Positions 13,258 through 26,752 of a stretch of DNA of 49,204 nucleotides are shown in pieces. The notes under the pieces were generated by a model. The model had not been told where the DNA came from. It did not search any database and worked only from the letters and a program-made list of their open reading frames with translations. Every line of letters begins with the position of its first letter. Positions within the stretch are counted from its first letter, which is position 1. The stretch is from Paraspadella gotoi (lineage: Eukaryota > Animalia > Chaetognatha). Both the position numbers and the translations under genes were made by a program. The stretch lies in contig CM119268.1 of assembly GCA_051294375.1 (NCBI GenBank), positions 1,412,082 to 1,461,285 on the forward strand, given 5' to 3'.

Positions 13258-14285
13258 CTGACCTTTTTAAAATTCCGGACTGAGACCGATTATCATTGAC
13301 GGTCTTTGGGCGGCCTTGGCGGGGGATGAGGGGGGGAGAGGGTGGGGAAGGGGGGAGAGGGGAGAGGATGGGACAGATATCGACGTTTCGGCGGGAAAAA
13401 AGAAAATAAAAAAAAAAATAAAAAAAAGAAAGAAGGAAGCGTTTCGTTTGCAGTCGGTCTTTGAGCGCCGAAGAGAATTCTATTGTTCCTTTTTTCTTCT
13501 CTTTCACTTCAGTCGGTTTCAGTGGCTTTGAGACAACTTCTCAGCCAGTATCCTGGCCGTTCTCAGCCACTTATTGACCTCTCTTAGCCACTCTCACCCA
13601 CTATTGACCTCTTTCAGCCACTCTCACCCACTATTGACTTTCTTTCAGCCACTCTCCAGCATTCTCAGCCACTTTTCAGACACTTTCAGTTCACTCTCTG
13701 CCATATTCAGCCATACTTAGGTACTTTCAGTTACTATCACCCCTTTTTTAAATCACTATAATAATATTTATTCTTCACTAAATACATTTGGGTTAGTGTT
13801 TACCTTTTAGAAATGCTTAACATAACTGCTCAAAGCTTTCCCACTTTGACGTTTGAAAAACAACTTAAATCGACAAAGAATGTCTTGAAAGCTGAAGTCT
13901 TGTGACTTCATTGACCTTGCGGTATTGATCATTTGGTCACGCATGACACGGCGCTGACCAATCGGACATCCGTTCACTTTCAACTTAAAACAGGGTCATA
14001 TGGCAACAGGGGAGACATGTGTGATGCCCAGTGTTTGTGAGTCAGTATACCAACAGCTGGCGACTCAGCGTCTTTGGACCTGAGTGTCCAACTCTCATAT
14101 CAAGGATGTTATGTGACAGATCGAACTTACCAGCGTGACCGTGAAGGATATTTTTGACACCAAGAACTTCACGTTTTGCGTGAACGAGTACATAAGCTTT
14201 GGCCAAGCTTAATGGTTTAGAAGCAGAGTTTCACTAAGCTAACGTGGAGGCGAATTTAGGATTCGCCGGCAGTCGACACTATAAG

Positions 14286-14913
14286 TACGGTAGCCGACCA
14301 AAAATCAAATTTAATGGATACAGCATTAAAGTAATCCTTATTTGGTATTAATTATTGTATTAAAATATTTTTAATTGCAAAATGTTCCGAACCATGAGTA
14401 ATTTTGCTAATTAATATATATTTATATTGCTATATAATGTCAAAAAAATTTTTTTGGAAAATTTTAGTTTTTTTATTGATTTGATTAGAGCTTAAAAAGT
14501 TAATCAAATAAAATTTACAACTTTTTAATTTTGATGTTTTATTACTTAAAATATACGTAAAAACTTGCTTAAATCATCGGATTAGATTGATGATGATGAT
14601 TTTTTTAAGGTTTTTTCCCAGTTTTGACCCACTTATCATCAAAATATTTGAAAAAAGAATTATAATTTGTGCTAGACAACTTTTATAAGCTATTGAAATC
14701 TGCTTTTAAAAATACAAAATTTAAAAAAAAAATTTTGACATTTTCTTATCTATAAATAAATTATCAAAAAATTAATTACTTAATTGCTTTTAGCCATTTA
14801 GAAATATTTTGGTCCATTTGAAAGTTTTCTCAGGAATGTATGAGTTTCATTTGGAAGGTTCCCAAAAAATTCAAACTTCTGACCCACCCCCATTGACATA
14901 AGTTTGGCTTCTT
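14286..14913. mobile_element. hAT-like non-autonomous DNA transposon, insertion B (reverse complement of A)
   Basis: Perfect 8-bp TSD actataag (14278-14285 and 14914-14921). Empty site cttatagt at 8745-8752. Confidence 0.78.
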
Positions 14914-15234
14914 ACTATAAGGTTTTAAATATTTTAATATAATAAAAACGCCAGTTGATTTTTTGTCATTGAAATATACTGGGCCTTTAAATTCAGATAA
15001 AGTTAAACTTAAGCTTAAAGGCGCATATTATATCACTAGGACTCGTCTTCGTGTACATTTATTTAATGCAATGAACCAACTATAGATAATCTTCTCTCTT
15101 TNNNNNNNNNNNNNNNNNNNNNNNNNGAGAGAGAAACGAGTGAGAGCACAGTGATGAACGAGGGCTTTGGCATAAAAACAGTTGTTTTTTGTTCGCAGAC
15201 TTAATATATCATTCATTATCTTTATATTAAGCAT

Positions 15235-15282
15235 TCGTTCGTTCGTTCGTTCGTTCGTTCGTTCGTTCGTTCGTTCGTTCGT
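15235..15282. repeat. (TTCG)n microsatellite
   Basis: Read directly. Confidence 0.95.
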
Positions 15283-15563
15283 TGTCGTTTGATCGTCATA
15301 CTAACTTCCAAAAAAACTGTTTCGCCGATATTCGTGACGAAGCTAATTCATCTGTTTTTCGTCATCGTTACGCTCGTCGTCGTCGTCGTCGTCGTCGTCA
15401 TTATTGTCGTCGTAGTCTACGTAGACGATTCGCTCGTCGTTGTTCGCTAATCGATACCACAATTATGTTTTATTTATCTTTTTGTGTTTTGTATTAACTT
15501 AACATAAACGAGTTTATGTAAACAAGGTCGTTGACCGGATTGTATTATTAAAATATTATCTTT

Positions 15564-15600
<37 letters not shown>

Positions 15601-15654
15601 GGGTCGTTAACAAAGTCGAGAGAGCGCCTCGAGCCTTTTTTGCCTCGTTGACGC

Positions 15655-15704
15655 TGACCGGATGTCAGTCAACCGGATGTCAGTCAACCGGATGTCAGTC
15701 AACC
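15655..15704 (+). repeat. 15-bp repeat (accggatgtcagtca) x3
   Basis: Read directly. Related words at ~15530 and ~15848 suggest subterminal repeats of a DNA element. Confidence 0.7.
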
Positions 15705-15937
15705 CTCGTTGGACTCGATCATTATTCTCTGGCCGATGCGCGCGAGGAGTCGAGCGCGTCGACTCGCTGATTGCGTGCGTTTCGTGCGTGCGTGCGTACT
15801 CATTCTCGATGCGTACTCATTGCAAAGTCGTGAAGGTCAAATCAACAGATGTCAACCGTCAAGTCAGTCGGTCGGCTCGATCACCATCAGACAAAATACC
15901 TTTGTTAAATAGTTTTATTGTTTATTACTGACTTCAA

Positions 15938-16078
15938 TTATCTTCTTTCTTTCAGCTCTGAGTTGAGTCGTAAACCATCAGGTTTCCCCAACTTCCTGCT
16001 GTCATAGCTCAACTCTTTTCTGTCACATCTCAATTCTCGACTATCATCTCTCAGTTTTCGTTTCTCATCCTCAAGTAT
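15938..16078 (-). other. Possible coding exon with a 7-aa repeat (LEDEKRK-LRDDSRE-LRCDRKE-LSYDSRK-L...ELKERR*)
   Basis: Stop-free frame with heptad leucine periodicity and diverged 21-bp repeats. Upstream sequence runs into (TA)n and a gap. Confidence 0.25.
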
Positions 16079-19047
16079 ATATATATATATATATNNNNNN
16101 NNNNNNNNNNNNNNNNNNNATCTCCTCTCTCTCTCTCGCTCTCTCGTCCTTTCATCTCTCATCTCTCTCTCTCTGTCTCTCTCTTCCCTCACCCGCCTTT
16201 CATTCCTCTCGTATCGATCGCGCTCAAACGCCGCCGCAGCCCTCTCGTCCGTCTTTACAGTCGCACGCCTGCGAGCCGCCGAGCCGCCGCAACCAGTTCG
16301 TTGGTGACATTCAAGAAATCTCAAAGTCAGTCGACGAGCTTCCGGCCGCTCGACTTTAACGACTCGATCCGCTAATAGACGGTCGCGCTCGATCGGAACG
16401 ACGAGCAGGGAGTCGATCACGCACTATCTCACGAATTCCCAGAATTTCTGGCCCTATTTTCGGAAAGCGTGCCATTTCTCGTTCTCCTAATCAATCAAAC
16501 TTAAGGGATCTAACTTTGAATTAAATTATTAATCTATAACTCTAAATTCTTTACCCAATTTAATTTATTTTTTTAAAAAAAACGTTAATCCATTAATTTG
16601 GTTAAGTCAGGTATTTGCACTAACTTCACGACCCGTCTAATAAGCAATACACTTCTTTCAGTCATAAAAACACGGTAGCTCAATTAAAGATATTAGCCAT
16701 AACCAATTTTTTTTTTACTAAGGTTAACACAAAACTAACTAAACTAAACACTAACTACTGATCCCAACCCAGTAACTTACCCTGCGGGAAGCAAGAGGAC
16801 AAGAGCTATAAAAAAACCCTAAGGAGGCATAAAAAACACATCAACCTAGTTATAAGCATTAGGACCCGTTCCCATGTCTGTAGAGAGGGTTAAAGAAAGT
16901 TGCAGATAGCACTCTTCAGCCCATTTAGAGCCTTTATCCCACAAATTCTTATCCTAAATACTTTAACCCTTAACAATCCCATTGCATAAATTCTCATCCC
17001 AAACCTTAACCTAATTTTTAAACCTTAAAAACTAAACATTAATTCTAAATTTTAAGCGCCTGAAATGGGATGGTTTTGAAAAACTTACGGGCCCAATTTT
17101 TTTCCTTTATTTTTTTATCGTCTTGCGGTCTTGTGTCCTTTCCTTTTCTCTTCCATTCGCTCGATTTTGTACCTTAGTCTTTTAAATTTTTTTATTTTTT
17201 CCGATCTTGTCCCGGGTTGGGTGGTTCATCGATCATATTATTGTTGGTCTGTCGTTGTCCCCTGCTCTCAGTCTTTTTAACTGTGGTCTCCCTTTATTTC
17301 CCTTAAGTCTATTTCTTTTTTGATCAGTTTTCTCTTCCGTCGGTAAATCTTTGTTCGCATAATATCAATTTCCTGTAATTGTGATTTCTTTTGTCTGTCT
17401 AATCCGTCTGTTATTTTGATTCTCTATCTTTATGATTCTCTTCTCCTGTCTGGTCGTTTCAATATTTCTCATCTTTCCTCTCTCATCTCGTCTCATCCAT
17501 CCTCCTCCTCTCTCTCCCTCTCTCTCTCTCTCTCTCCTGTCCCTGAATCTTGGGGGGGAAACTTGAAATGAATTTCACATTGGCAATTCCTAGTGACGTT
17601 AACGCAGGCGAATTGATGCCAAAAGAAGCTCAAATGAAAGCGCTTTTGCAATTACGGGATCAGCCGTTGGCAGTCCCGGAGGGGAGATGAAAAGGAATTT
17701 GATATTCTTCGTCTGGACTACTGAGAAAAACTTTGACTAAGTTTTATAAAACTATTCGTATCTTTGAAGAGTTGGGGCTTTATTGATTATTTTTTAAAAT
17801 AGTTATAAAATAATTAATTAATTTTCTTCTAATTAAAATATTGTTTTAATAATATAAAATGAATAATGACGTTAATAACTATGATTCTCACTCCGTACAT
17901 TATATTTCTCAATGGGTACTCTAGTCTGTTAACTTTTACATATAACGTGCGGAACTTTGTTGTTAAGATTTTATTTCTGAGATAACAATGTCAAAGAAAG
18001 TTTTAAATAAAACCATTATTTAATTTTTAGAAATTTTTCTGTACAAAACATTCAATTAAATTCAATAAATTAAATTCAAATGTAAATTCAATTAAATCAA
18101 ATTAAATTCAATCTATAAATTCAATTCAGTCCTCATTTTTTCCATTCTCTCGTTTTAAAATTTAGAATTTATTTTTATATTTTCAAAAAAAAAGTTTATT
18201 AAAAAAATGTAGCATCGGAAATGTCGAACCCCGCTACTCGAAGAAAAACTTCATTCAACCAAATTGAAACTTGTCAAAGTCATTAAAAACTCGCAAATTT
18301 TCCGTTGATAAAACATTCACAGACAGTGTCCAATTTCATTTCAAATTTGCAACTACGTCAACCGTTCATCCTTTCATTTTTCATATCAAAACCGTCAGCA
18401 GTAAATGCATTTTATTTCAGTTCAATTTATTTCCACCGTCAGCGTCTCATTTCATTTCATTTACACCATCAGCGTCCTTCATTTCATTCGTATTCAAGTT
18501 CCATTTATTCACTATCAGCATCTCCATTATTCATTACATTTTTCATTTCCAACCCTCAGCGTTTCATTTCATTCATATTCACGGTCATTTTTATTTTGGC
18601 GGGGGGGATGGGGCCCTGAAAAAAAAATTATTATTCCCATTTTTCCGCCAATTGTCTTTCGATAAGTTTCCAAATCGAGTTGCCTCCGCGAAAAAAAACC
18701 CAGGTGTCCGCCATTCGTTATATTTTTCTCATAATTGGTTATATGGTTCCTTCTGACTCCCAGAGCAAAAATCATTCAAGTGAAGTGGTGAACCGCGCTT
18801 ACCCCTCGCTACCCCGACGCTCTGGCATACGCTGCTCAACGCACATCTCTCCGCAACGCTGCCCCGCACCTTGGGCCCCCGCACCTGCCCCGCACCCTTG
18901 CTACCGCACCTGCCCCGCACACTGCCCCGCAACCTCATCCCTCCAACCCTCCGCGAACGGCGCCAACTTCGCTCGCCGACGCAGCGAGATCAGACCCAAA
19001 AATTGGATTTGTTCAACATGGCGGAGCGAGAGAGAAGAGAGAGAGAA

Positions 19048-19079
<32 letters not shown>

Positions 19080-19152
19080 TGTCTATCCGTCTGTTTGATT
19101 CTCTATCTTTTTGATTCTCTTTCTCTCTGTCTGTCGTTTTCAATATTTCTTC

Positions 19153-19188
<36 letters not shown>

Positions 19189-19191
<3 letters not shown>

Positions 19192-20237
19192 CCCCAGATT
19201 CGGGACAAGAGAGAGAGAGCAGAGAGAGAGAGGGTGGGGGTGAGAGATGAGAGAGAGGTAGAGAAGAGAGAGAGATGAGAGGAGAGAGGAGAGGAGGAAA
19301 GAAGAAATATTGAAAGACGGGACAGACAGAGAGAAGGAGAATCAAAAAGGATAGAGAATCAACAGACGGATAGACAGACAAGACGAACTCGACATTACAG
19401 AAGGTTGATATTATGCGAACAAAAGAATTGTACCGACGGATAAGAGAAAACTGTGATCAAAAGTAAATAGACATAAGAAATAAAGGGTGAGACAGTTAAA
19501 AAGACTGAGAGACAGTACAAGCCGATCATGACCAACAAAATAGATACGAGCACCCACCAACCCTGTCGGACAGGATCGGAAAAAAAGACATTGAAGACAA
19601 AATCGAGGCCGCAAAGGAAGACGAAAGCAGAAAGACAACAAGTACCGCAAGACGAGCGAGAACACAAAAGAATAAGAGCCAAAAAAATTGGGCCGAGTTT
19701 TTCCAAACGCACCCCCATTTCAGCTTGAAAGTTTAGAATTATAAGTTAGTTTTAAGGTTTTAAAAATTGAGTGTTAAGGGGTTTAGGGATGAGAATGTAT
19801 GCGAGGGATTTGGTTAGCGGATTAAAGTTTAGCGATGTAAAGAATTTGGTGGATTAAGGCTTGGCTAAATGGGGGCTGAAGAGTTGCTATCTGCACTTTC
19901 TTTAACCCTCTCTAACAGACATGGAACGCGGTCAAGGGCTGTAGGATACTGTAGGTTTAGGGTTTTTTTATGCCCCCTAAGGCGGTTTGAATAGGCTGTC
20001 CTCTTGCTTCCGCAGGCGTAATGTACTGGGTTGGATCAGGTAGTTAGTTTAGTTTAGTTTAGGTTTGTACCATAGGTAAAAAATGAGCTTATGCTTTACT
20101 TAATGATGCTACCGGGATGACGATAAGTGAGCTAAGACGGTGAGTGATACTTTGGCAATACGCTGACATCAAATTAATGATATAAGTTAGAAAATAAATT
20201 TAACAATGGTAAAGAATTAGAGTATCCTCTCCTCCCT
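19189..20237 (+). repeat. Apparently exact direct duplicate of 23893-24941 (offset 4704)
   Basis: Identical ORFs at 19395..19718 and 24099..24422. Both copies end at 25-N gaps. Confidence 0.92.
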
Positions 20238-20695
20238 NNNNNNNNNNNNNNNNNNNNNNNNNGAAACTTGAAATGATTTCATTGGCTTCTGTGACGTTAA
20301 TCGCGCGTTTGATGCCAAAGAAGCTCATGAGCGCTTTGCAATCGGGATCAGCCGTTGGCAGTCGAGGGGAGAGGAAAAGGAATTTGATTCTTCGTCTGAC
20401 TCTGAGGAAAACTTTGACTAAAGTTATTAAACTTTCGTTCTTTGAAGAGTTGGGCTTTATTGATTTTTTTAAATAGTTTATAAATAATTTAATTAATTTT
20501 CTAAATTAATATTTGGTTTTATATAAAATAATAATGACGTTAATAACTATGATTCTCAATCTCGCACATTGTATCTCAATGGTACTGTCTGTTAACTTTT
20601 ACATAACGTGCGGAACTTTGTTGTTAAATTTTATTTCTGAGATAACAATGTCAAAGATAAGTTTTTACCANNNNNNNNNNNNNNNNNNNNNNNNN

Positions 20696-23412
20696 ATTTT
20701 CTATCCTTAATTTTTAGGAATTTTTTGTTCTGTCAGCAAACACATGTTCTAGATTAAATTGCAAGTGTTCAAATTCCAATTAAAATTCAATTTTCAAACG
20801 TTCTACGTAAATTAAAGTTCAATCCGAAACTTCAAAGTCCTCGTTTTTGCTGCTTGTGTAATTGTTTAGAGTTACTTTTTTTATTTTGCAAAAAAATGCT
20901 GATCTATTAAAAATAATTGTGTAGCAGTGCTGGATTGGTCATACCGCAGCTACTGAGAAAAAACTTCACTTCAAACCGCATATGCCACTCGTCAGCTGCA
21001 TTACAACTGCCCTAATTTTGCATTCAAACCATCTCACAGACAGTGTCGTCATTTACATGTTCATTTCACCGTCAGCGGTCTCCATTTTCATTTCATATTC
21101 CATTTATCACCGTGCATAGCAGTAATCATTTTTATTTCATTTGCATTGTCATTTCACCGTCCAGCGTCTCCATTTCATTGTCACCATCAACGTCTCATTT
21201 CATATTCGCGCTCTTCAGTTCCATATTCTGTATCTTCACCTATCAAGCATCTCGATTTCATTTCATTTCAACGCTACAATTTTTTATTTGGGCGGGGGGG
21301 GACTGGGCCTGCTGAAAAATTCCCTTTTCCAGCAATTTTGTCTTTCCGATAAGTTCCATCGTGTGCCTCCCGACAAAAAACTCCAGGTGTCCCGCCCACT
21401 TCGTTTATTTTTCATCATATTGGTTCCTCTCTCCTTCCAGAGCAAAATCATCCAACGGTGATGACTGGTGAAGCCGCGCTCTCCATAATGGCGTCCGCCT
21501 GATATCCACGCGACGGTCTCTGCACCTGCGCGCGCGCACCTGCCTCCGCAGCCTCGGCCCGCGCACCTGCCCCTGGCACCTGCCGCGCGCACCTGCCCCG
21601 CAACCTCCCATCCCTCCAACCCCCGCTGAACGGCGTCCAAACTCGCTCGGACCGACGCAGCGAGGATTCAGACGGGCGCAAAAAATTGTTTGTTGAGGCA
21701 ACATTGGGCGTGGAGGGAGCCAGAGAGAGAGAGAGAGACGAGAGAGAGAGAGAGAGAGGCAGAGAGAGAGAGAGAGAGAGAGAAGAGAGAGCAGAAGAGA
21801 GAGGAGAGAAGAGAGACAGATGCAGCAAAGAGGATGAGACTGATAAAACAAGTAATAATAAGTAAGAGAGGGATAAAGAGAATAGGGAAAAAATAAGGAC
21901 AGGTTGAACTGAAAAAGAAAAGAACAAGGAGAAAGGGAAAAAGTAGGAAAAATGAATAAGGAAAGGAAAAAAATGAAATAAAATGAAAAAAATGAAGACC
22001 TAGAAAGAAAATAAAAAAAAAGAAAGAAAGAAGAAGAAAAGTGGCAAAAGTGAGATTTGCGAATTGAAAACGATCCGAACGTCATGAGAAAAAGGAAAAA
22101 AAATGTTGAGGCAAAATTAAATTCAATTAAATTCAATTAAATTCAATTAAATTCTATTAAATTAAATTCAATTCAGTCCTCATTTTTCTCTTTTTTAATT
22201 TTTAGATATTTTTTTATTTTCAAAAAATGTTTATTAAAAAAATTGTAGATTATTACTTGTTTTATCAGTCTCATCCTCTTTGCTGCATCTGTCTCTCTTC
22301 TCTCCTCTCTCTTCTGCTCTCTCTTCTCTCTCTCTCTCTCTCTCTCTGCCTCTCTCTCTCTCTCTCTCGTCTCTCTCTCTCTCTCTGGCTCCCTCCACGC
22401 CCAATGTTGCCTCAACAAACAATTTTTTGCGCCCGTCTGAATCCTCGCTGCGTCGGTCCGAGCGAGTTTGGACGCCGTTCAGCGGGGGTTGGAGGGATGG
22501 GAGGTTGCGGGGCAGGTGCGCGCGGCAGGTGCCAGGGGCAGGTGCGCGGGCCGAGGCTGCGGAGGCAGGTGCGCGCGCGCAGGTGCAGAGACCGTCGCGT
22601 GGATATCAGGCGGACGCCATTATGGAGAGCGCGGCTTCACCAGTCATCACCGTTGGATGATTTTGCTCTGGAAGGAGAGAGGAACCAATATGATGAAAAA
22701 TAAACGAAGTGGGCGGGACACCTGGAGTTTTTTGTCGGGAGGCACACGATGGAACTTATCGGAAAGACAAAATTGCTGGAAAAGGGAATTTTTCAGCAGG
22801 CCCAGTCCCCCCCCGCCCAAATAAAAAATTGTAGCGTTGAAATGAAATGAAATCGAGATGCTTGATAGGTGAAGATACAGAATATGGAACTGAAGAGCGC
22901 GAATATGAAATGAGACGTTGATGGTGACAATGAAATGGAGACGCTGGACGGTGAAATGACAATGCAAATGAAATAAAAATGATTACTGCTATGCACGGTG
23001 ATAAATGGAATATGAAATGAAAATGGAGACCGCTGACGGTGAAATGAACATGTAAATGACGACACTGTCTGTGAGATGGTTTGAATGCAAAATTAGGGCA
23101 GTTGTAATGCAGCTGACGAGTGGCATATGCGGTTTGAAGTGAAGTTTTTTCTCAGTAGCTGCGGTATGACCAATCCAGCACTGCTACACAATTATTTTTA
23201 ATAGATCAGCATTTTTTTGCAAAATAAAAAAAGTAACTCTAAACAATTACACAAGCAGCAAAAACGAGGACTTTGAAGTTTCGGATTGAACTTTAATTTA
23301 CGTAGAACGTTTGAAAATTGAATTTTAATTGGAATTTGAACACTTGCAATTTAATCTAGAACATGTGTTTGCTGACAGAACAAAAAATTCCTAAAAATTA
23401 AGGATAGAAAAT
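20696..23412. repeat. Apparently exact inverted repeat, 20696-21858 / 22250-23412
   Basis: Identical ORFs on opposite strands whose coordinates sum to 44108 (e.g. 21043..21315 + and 22793..23065 -). Confidence 0.92.
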
Positions 23413-25279
23413 TGGTAAAAAACTGTTATCTATTGGACATTTGCTTATCGTCCAGAAATAATAATTTTAGCTAACAAGACGGGTTTCACGTCACGTTATG
23501 TAGAAAGCTTAACAGACCAGTTACCATTGCATGGACTATAGATGTCACGAGATTGAGAATCACATACGTCGCATTAACGTCACTTATTATTCTTATCATT
23601 AAAACCACAACTATTAATTTAGAACAAATTACAACATATAAACCCATTATTTTATAAACTATTCTAAAAAAATCACATCAAAGCACCACACTCTTCAAAG
23701 GACACGAAGTTTAATAACTCTTAGCTCAAAGCTCCTTCACTCAGAGTCACGACGAAGAATGCAAATTCCTCTTTCCTCTCCCTCGACTGCCAAAACGCGC
23801 TGATCCCGATTGCAAGCGCCTCATGAGCTTCTTTTGGCATCAGAACGCGCGGATTAACTCACAAAGCCAATGAGAATCAATTTTCAAGTTTTCCCCCCCA
23901 GATTCGGGACAAGAGAGAGAGAGCAGAGAGAGAGAGGGTGGGGGTGAGAGATGAGAGAGAGGTAGAGAAGAGAGAGAGATGAGAGGAGAGAGGAGAGGAG
24001 GAAAGAAGAAATATTGAAAGACGGGACAGACAGAGAGAAGGAGAATCAAAAAGGATAGAGAATCAACAGACGGATAGACAGACAAGACGAACTCGACATT
24101 ACAGAAGGTTGATATTATGCGAACAAAAGAATTGTACCGACGGATAAGAGAAAACTGTGATCAAAAGTAAATAGACATAAGAAATAAAGGGTGAGACAGT
24201 TAAAAAGACTGAGAGACAGTACAAGCCGATCATGACCAACAAAATAGATACGAGCACCCACCAACCCTGTCGGACAGGATCGGAAAAAAAGACATTGAAG
24301 ACAAAATCGAGGCCGCAAAGGAAGACGAAAGCAGAAAGACAACAAGTACCGCAAGACGAGCGAGAACACAAAAGAATAAGAGCCAAAAAAATTGGGCCGA
24401 GTTTTTCCAAACGCACCCCCATTTCAGCTTGAAAGTTTAGAATTATAAGTTAGTTTTAAGGTTTTAAAAATTGAGTGTTAAGGGGTTTAGGGATGAGAAT
24501 GTATGCGAGGGATTTGGTTAGCGGATTAAAGTTTAGCGATGTAAAGAATTTGGTGGATTAAGGCTTGGCTAAATGGGGGCTGAAGAGTTGCTATCTGCAC
24601 TTTCTTTAACCCTCTCTAACAGACATGGAACGCGGTCAAGGGCTGTAGGATACTGTAGGTTTAGGGTTTTTTTATGCCCCCTAAGGCGGTTTGAATAGGC
24701 TGTCCTCTTGCTTCCGCAGGCGTAATGTACTGGGTTGGATCAGGTAGTTAGTTTAGTTTAGTTTAGGTTTGTACCATAGGTAAAAAATGAGCTTATGCTT
24801 TACTTAATGATGCTACCGGGATGACGATAAGTGAGCTAAGACGGTGAGTGATACTTTGGCAATACGCTGACATCAAATTAATGATATAAGTTAGAAAATA
24901 AATTTAACAATGGTAAAGAATTAGAGTATCCTCTCCTCCCTNNNNNNNNNNNNNNNNNNNNNNNNNAAAGTAAGAGAGGGATAAAGAGAATAGGAGAAAA
25001 ATAAGGAAGTTGAACTGAAAAGAAAAGAAATGAGGAAAAGGGAAAAAGTTAGGAAAAAAATGAAAAGGAAGGAAAAAAATGAAAAAAATGAAAAAAATGA
25101 AACTAGAAAGAAATAAAAAAAGAAAGAAAGAAGAAGAAAGTGCAAAGGAGATTTGCAATGAAACATCCGAACGTCATGAGAAAAAGGAAAAAAATGTTGA
25201 GCAATGGAAAAAATTAGAAAGAAAAGAAAAGAAAAGAAAAGAAAAGAAAAGAAANNNNNNNNNNNNNNNNNNNNNNNNN

Positions 25280-26717
25280 ATCAGCATCTCATTTTCATTT
25301 GCATTTTCAACGTCAGTTTTTATTTGGGGGGGGGGATGGGCTGAAAGAAATTCTCCTATTCCGCAATTTGTCTTTCGATAAGTTCCATCGTGGCCTCCCG
25401 AAAAAACTCCAGGTGTCCGCCAGTTCGTTTATTTTTCTTCATAGTTGGTTCCTTCTCCTCAGAAGCATACTTCATCCAAAGTGAGTGGTGAAACCGCGCT
25501 ATATACTCGCTTACCTCCGACGCTCTGCACTGCCCCGCGCACCTGCCCCTCGCACTTTTGAACCCCCCCCCCCCCGCACCGCCCTGCACCTGCCCGCCAC
25601 CTGCCCCGCACCATCCATCCCTCCAAACCCCGCGACACGGCCCCGGCGTCAAAACTCGCTCGAACGACACGCAGCGAGATTCAGGACCCAAAGATTGTTT
25701 GTTCAACATTGGCGGAGGGAGAGAGATGAGAAGAGAGGAGAGAGGACACGGAGAGAGAGAAGAGAAGAGAGACCGGTGAGAGAGAGAGGAGAGAATGAGA
25801 GGGAGAGTGAGCTGAGAGAGAGAGGGAGACAAAGGAGATTTTCTGCCTCACCTTAACACCGTCGGTGGGGAGAGGGAACGAGGGGAGGAAGGGGACGAGA
25901 TGAGAGAGAGATGATGAGAAGAGAGAGATCGAGAGAGATGAGACAGACATGGAGAGAGAGATGTAAAAAAAGTAATTAAAGTCAACCGAGAGGGATAAAG
26001 AGAGAGAATAGGACAGAAAAATAAGCGAAAAGTCTTGATGAACTTGAAAAGAAAAGAAATTGAGGAAAAAAAGGGGAGGGGGAATAAGGGAAAAAAGTTA
26101 GAGATAAAAAATGAAAAGGAAGGAAAAAAAATGAAAAAAAAAAATGAAAAAATTGAAATACTACGGAGAAAGAATAAAAAAATGAAAGGAAGAGAAAAAA
26201 GAAATAAGAAGAAGAGAGGAGAAGCAGAGAAGAAAGAGGAGAGAGAGAAAAGAAGCAGAAACAGCTGCAAAGGATATTTGCAATCGAAACATCTCCGAAA
26301 CGTCATAGAAAAAGCGGAAAAAAAAAACAAAAAAAAAAAAAAAAATTGATTGAGCAATGGAAAAAAATCGTAGAAAAGAAAAGAATAAAGAAGAAAAAAA
26401 AAGAAAAAGAAAGAAAAAAGAAAGAAAAGAAAAGAAAAGAAAAAAGAAAAGAAATAGAAAAAAGAAAGGGAAAAAGAAAAGAAACAAGAACGAGGAAAAT
26501 GGAAAAGAAAAGAAAGGAAAAGAAAAAAGAGAGGAAAGAAAAAAAAAGAGAAAAAAAGAAAAGAAAAGATGAGAAGAGAAGAGAAGAGAACTGAGAAGAG
26601 AAAGAAGGAAGAGAAGAGAATGAGAAAGAAAATGAAAAGAAAAGAAAAGAAAGAAAAGCAGACACTTTTGCCATATTAACGAAATTGCTGGCGAAGTTTT
26701 CCTCAGAGACAATTGTC

Positions 26718-26752
<35 letters not shown>

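Larger units (their letters stand above)
8570..15090. repeat. ~6.5-kb inverted duplication: left arm ~8570-10785, spacer ~10785-11500, right arm ~11500-15090 with two extra insertions
   Basis: 8590-8752 matches rc 14914-15080, 8745-10595 matches rc 12315-14285, and 10588-10785 matches rc 11503-11699. Confidence 0.92.

Noticed and set aside
19872-19910. ctgaagag-tgc...gca-c as a hammerhead core (also ctgaaga at ~44683)
   Set aside because: The required GAAA after stem II is absent.
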